Below are positions 61,626-64,000 of a stretch of 64,000 nucleotides of DNA, in pieces; the first letter of the stretch is position 1; every line of letters begins with the position of its first letter. Where the stretch lies: positions 806,001 through 870,000 of the forward strand of contig NC_089429.1 in assembly GCF_026210795.1 (NCBI RefSeq), in the 5' to 3' direction. The notes beneath the pieces were generated by a model. The model saw only the letters and a program-made list of their open reading frames with translations. It ran no database searches and was not told the DNA's origin. Position numbers and translations under genes: made by a program. The DNA is from Rhizophagus irregularis (Eukaryota).

Positions 61626-63219
61626 TCCTGATACAATATTTTTTAGTAATTGTAACCTGTCTTGCCACTTAAATTTAGCTATATCAGATAAATGCTTGTT
61701 CTTCGACTTGGTCAACTTTTATTGAATTTAGTAGATCAATTGGAAATAGTATTGACTTCATATTTATTACTAATTATAATCATACTATAGAGTCTACAGT
61801 TTTTATTTGGATGGTAAGATAATTTGTAAGATTTGGAGAACATCTAGTAAGTTTCGTACATATATTTTTAGTAATTTTTGTTATATAAATTCTAACATAC
61901 TTAATAAAATTTTATATAAACTCAACATTACTGCATATATTTCAGGCAAATCATTTCACGGTACAAAATACGCCTTTCAATGAGTAGGTACTCAATAATC
62001 ATTCTTAGCGACTTGCGTGATAAAGGTTGAGCTAACATTCTTGAAATTGTGTTGGCACGTTTAATGCTATTTAAATTTAGCATAATTTGTAATTTTCTTA
62101 ATACACTATCTTTATGTCATTAGGATGTTTACCGAGAGTCAGCAAAAAATGTACTTGACAGATAATCCAACGCCTCATCAAAGACGTGATTGAGCAATCG
62201 TTATTTTACTATGCATCTACGACTGATAATTTATTCAAATATTTCAATAATATTTACAGGCCTTTGTAACAGTTTAATAATTAATAATATACGTACGCTA
62301 ATTAGTAAGAAATTTGATTTATAAATCAACTTTATAGGAGTGTTTAGGACTTAGAACACTTATTATTCATAATACAAAACCATATTGTTCACTTTAGTGG
62401 ATAATTATACAAGTTTATCAAAAAGTTATATTATGATTAAGTTTAATACTATGATTTAATAGTAAATGAACGAATAATAAAATGTAATATACTTTAAGGA
62501 TAATGGTCTGCAAATCTTGGACTAAATAAATTTTTTTAAACCAAAAATTAATAAAAAAATGCAAGCAACGTATTAATTATCAAATATCATTATTCCGTTT
62601 TAAAATCTGTGGCCACAAAAAATATTATCCATTTATATTATAGTTTATGGCAATTTTTTTAATTGAAACTTAACATAAATGGAAAAAAAATGAGGTAAAT
62701 AAATAAATCTATTAATTGCTAAAACTGCATTTTATCTTTATCGTTTGTGAGTAATGAAGTAGGTGAATATTTATAATTAACTCTATATGAATCATTGGAT
62801 TAATAATAATGATATAAATAAAACTCGATATATAATCAGTTTTAATATTTGATTATTTTTCGCTGCAATTTCTTTCTATGTTAAGTGAGCAAAGGTAGTT
62901 ATAGTCTATATAATAAATAAAACACTGCAGAAAAGGACCTCAGTTTATGAGTTTGGGTATTTAAAGTTTTAATTATTTATACAATCCCAAGACGTAATGA
63001 TAATTTGGAAATAGCCAAGTATTATATTATTTGATTTTTTTTCGCGAGTTCGAAGTTTTCATCATTTGACTAGTGACGTAAAATTTTGATCATCTCACGT
63101 GATTAATGATTAATTACTCATGCGAAAAAAATCATAAATCATTCCATTCCATTACTTTTACGAAAAATTCTTGCTCTTTTTTTTTTTTTAAAAAAAAAAA
63201 AGCAAAAAATTCGTGAAAC

Positions 63220-63662
63220 ATGGAAAAGAAAGAAAGTTATGAAATATTAGAAGATAATCCAATCTTGGTAAATTTTATTAAATAGTATTATTATCATCTT
63301 ATTTAAATGTTTTTATTATACAAGTGAATTATTACTTATAAATTTTGATTTTTTTACGTTAGCAAACATCAGTAATTTCTACCAAAAATTCTTCTTCTAA
63401 AGATATTCAACAAAATCAATCATTTTGCAAGATTTCTTCCTCTTCTTCATCACGTTCATCAATATTTTCTAATAATATCGATAAAAAAATATTACAAAAC
63501 GAAAGGAAAAAAATGCTTAACAGAAAGGCTGCTGCAAGATTAAGACAAAAAAAAAAGAAAGAGGTAAAAGAATTACAAGATTCAAATATAAGTTTAAGAG
63601 GTGAAATTGAACAAGTGGAAAGTATTATAATGAAATTAAGACAACAAATTATGGGATCTTGA
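63220..63662 (+). CDS. Small bZIP transcription factor (2 exons, ~115 aa)
   Basis: Exons 63220-63267 and 63363-63662; basic region ERKKMLNRKAAARLRQKKK (N-x7-R) followed by heptads L-L-V-L. Confidence 0.85.
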
Positions 63663-64000
63663 AATAAAGGAGAAATAATTTTTTTATTTTTCAATATATT
63701 GTATGAATTTGCTAATATTATCATATTGAAACATTATAACTTGATATTAATTATTAACATGTATTCCGGGAATTGGGAAATTAATTTTATAGAGAACAAA
63801 TTATTATATTTTATAATTAGGCAAATTTAGCTTTATATATAGTTACGCGAGTATTTTTTGTATATTTAAATCTTATTATAAACAAAACTTTCGCCAATAT
63901 CGCTATGAAATTATTTTTAATAAGAAAATGTGTTGCGTAACGTTTTTAAATTTTGATATAATATAATTCATGCAGAGTAATTCAAAATCTACTGATCAAA

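Noticed and set aside
1..64000. tRNA or rRNA genes, prokaryotic operons or defence systems
   Set aside because: None recognised by eye; the sequence is intron-rich fungal-type DNA. A covariance-model scan would be needed to exclude small ncRNAs.

Overview
Very AT-rich, intron-containing eukaryotic DNA. The gene content (an expanded tyrosine-kinase-like [TKL] family with Cys-rich N-termini and 'WTSGN..ID' motifs, plus single-exon F-box/LRR-like genes beginning 'KIFSGDLPEL..EII') strongly resembles a Glomeromycotina arbuscular mycorrhizal fungus such as Rhizophagus. That assignment is inferred from family recognition, not from a search. The window is a gene birth-and-death region. It holds 2 intact F-box/LRR genes, 2 broken copies and a fragment; 2 apparently complete TKL kinase genes, one that runs off the window edge, and several pseudogenes or relics; a Crypton-type tyrosine recombinase; a truncated aldo-keto reductase; a small bZIP gene missed by the ORF track; and a membrane-protein ORF. 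About a dozen non-autonomous DNA transposons can be delimited by eye from TIRs and target-site duplications (hAT, CMC/EnSpm-like, Kolobok-like, Harbinger-like, MULE/Merlin-like, and a possible 48-bp Helitron). Two observations stand out. (1) A Crypton YR gene with an intact catalytic set is bracketed by ~30-bp inverted repeats and preceded by two long hairpins. (2) A 2.6-kb hAT element carrying an antisense F-box/LRR fragment is inserted into an F-box gene of the same family. Most short ORFs in the supplied track are spurious. Exon boundaries were read by eye from GT-AG sites and homology.
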